Made by a program: the position numbers and the translations under genes. Positions 62,623-64,000 of a DNA stretch of 64,000 nucleotides are shown in pieces; the first letter of the stretch is position 1, and the number at the start of each line of letters is the position of its first letter. The notes beneath the pieces were generated by a model. It searched no databases, was not told the DNA's origin, and worked only from the letters and a program-made list of their open reading frames with translations. This DNA is from Squalus acanthias (Eukaryota), in contig CM059432.1 in NCBI GenBank assembly GCA_030390025.1, positions 3,906,001-3,970,000 of the forward strand. The letters run 5' to 3'.

Positions 62623-64000
62623 GGGCTGAATTCTAATTGCCAAGGCGGGTTGGAGTTGGGTTGTGTGGTGGGCGGGTTCCGGAGCCGCTTCCGGCGGGAT
62701 CAGCTGCTGATGTCCGATTTTGATTCAATGAGCTTGTTAGTTTCAATGGGGCGCGCTGGCCGGTCCAATGAGTGCGATCGTATCGGCTGGCCGCCTCTGA
62801 TGATGTCATCATAGCTGCTGCTTTTAAAGCTGCCATCCAGCCTGAGCCTTTCTCTTGTGGATTCCTGGACTCATTGATATTGATTTATACGCAATGACTT
62901 CTTCCAGAGGCAAGTCAGCTCCTCGTTTTAATGATGAGTCCCTCCAAGTTCTTGTGGATGCTGTCAGAGGGCGCAGGGAGATTCTCCTCCCTCCTGATGG
63001 CCGGAGGAAGCCTCCTCAGCAGATCAAGGCAGCCTGGCTGCGCATTGCTCAGGAGGTGAGCGCAAGGTGCATTTATGCACGCTCATGGATCCAGTGCCGC
63101 AAAAGATTTAATGATCTTGTGCGAACATCAAAAGTGAGTATCCCATCACACTTGCCTTCACTCTGCTTCCCTTCTCTTCTCATCACCAGCACTCTACATT
63201 GTAAGCCTCTCCTTCCCATCCCACCTTACCCTTACTTCCCTTGCACCCTTTCCTATCCATCTCTGTGTCTGCACTGAATCACTTCAGCATCCTGCCTATA
63301 CACCCCTTAGACTCGCTCTCACTGTCATGCAGTGACAACAACCAACAACGCACAGGGAGCTACCTTCCTCTTGGCACCTTACCCCATCTTCATCTCACTC
63401 AAAGCTTCTATGGAAGGGATTAATCACACTCACTCCATCACTGTGGCTGAAACACCGCTTGTGTCCCTCCTTGCAGGAAATGATAGCCCACAATAAGAGG
63501 GAGAGAGCACTGACTGGAGGAGGAACAGTTTCCCTCGCAACATTGACCACTGCTGAGGAGGCTGCATACGAGATTGTTGGAGGTGGCGAGGACCTGGAAG
63601 TGGGCGATGGAGAGGCGGGCACACTAGAGGAAGCTGGTGACATAATAGAGTTTCATCCCTCTCAGAATGCAATGGCATATGATGTCCATAGAGAATCGCA
63701 TTGCATCATCTGCTCAAAAGGATGTGTCTGCTACATCAATATCAGATGTCTAAATCATGCCTTTACTCTCCCACAAGACCATCGAGCGCCCCCCTCCCCA
63801 CGATCCAGGACGAAGAGCTGGACATCTCCTCAGAGGAACCTGAAGCCTCCGAGGGACCAGCTTCACCAGGACTCAGTGCACCCAGCACCAGCGCAGCGAC
63901 GCACACCTCGGTGGGGCCCTCGCGTGTTGCCACCTGGTCTATCACAGTGCACAAGTGAGCATCAGCAGATGGTGGAGACAGCGACAGCAGTGGAGAGTCC
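62623..64000 (+). mobile_element. Left part of a Harbinger transposon (runs off the window)
   Basis: Begins gggctgaatt with ggcgggtt subterminal motifs; carries a spliced Myb/SANT gene. Confidence 0.8.
62894..63958 (+). pseudogene. Harbinger Myb/SANT-like DNA-binding protein gene: exon 1 62894-63133, exon 2 63477-63636, exon 3 from about 63777; probably decaying
   Basis: APRFNDESLQVLVDAV..AAWLRIAQEV..RSWIQCRKRFNDL; donor gtgagt, acceptor ttgcag, exon 2 HNKRERALTGGG; exon 3 acceptor reads caa rather than cag. Confidence 0.78.

Overview
Eukaryotic, repeat-dense DNA, most consistent with an intronic or intergenic region of a cartilaginous fish (shark). That assignment is inferred from the CR1/HER1-like LINEs, Deu-domain tRNA-SINEs (SacSINE1-like) and Penelope tails. 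I found no intact host protein-coding gene, rRNA, true tRNA or CRISPR array. Most ORFs in the track are LINE fragments, their antisense shadows, or low-complexity artefacts. The window is a nested mosaic of about 25 CR1 fragments, L2 and RTE LINE 3' ends, about 10 DeuSINEs, five Penelope-like insertions (fold-back structure, long TSDs, minimal hammerhead motifs), about ten PIF/Harbinger-like elements (3-bp TSDs, some with Myb/SANT remnants), a hAT MITE, solo LTRs, a 2.45-kb minisatellite and a decayed histone H2A fragment. The most unusual signal is three independent MITE insertions at exactly the same nucleotide of CR1 ORF2, suggesting LINE-targeted DNA transposition. A near-identical inverted duplication about 39 kb apart is also notable. 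I do not see clear evidence for a wholly new biological system. Boundaries without a stated TSD are approximate.
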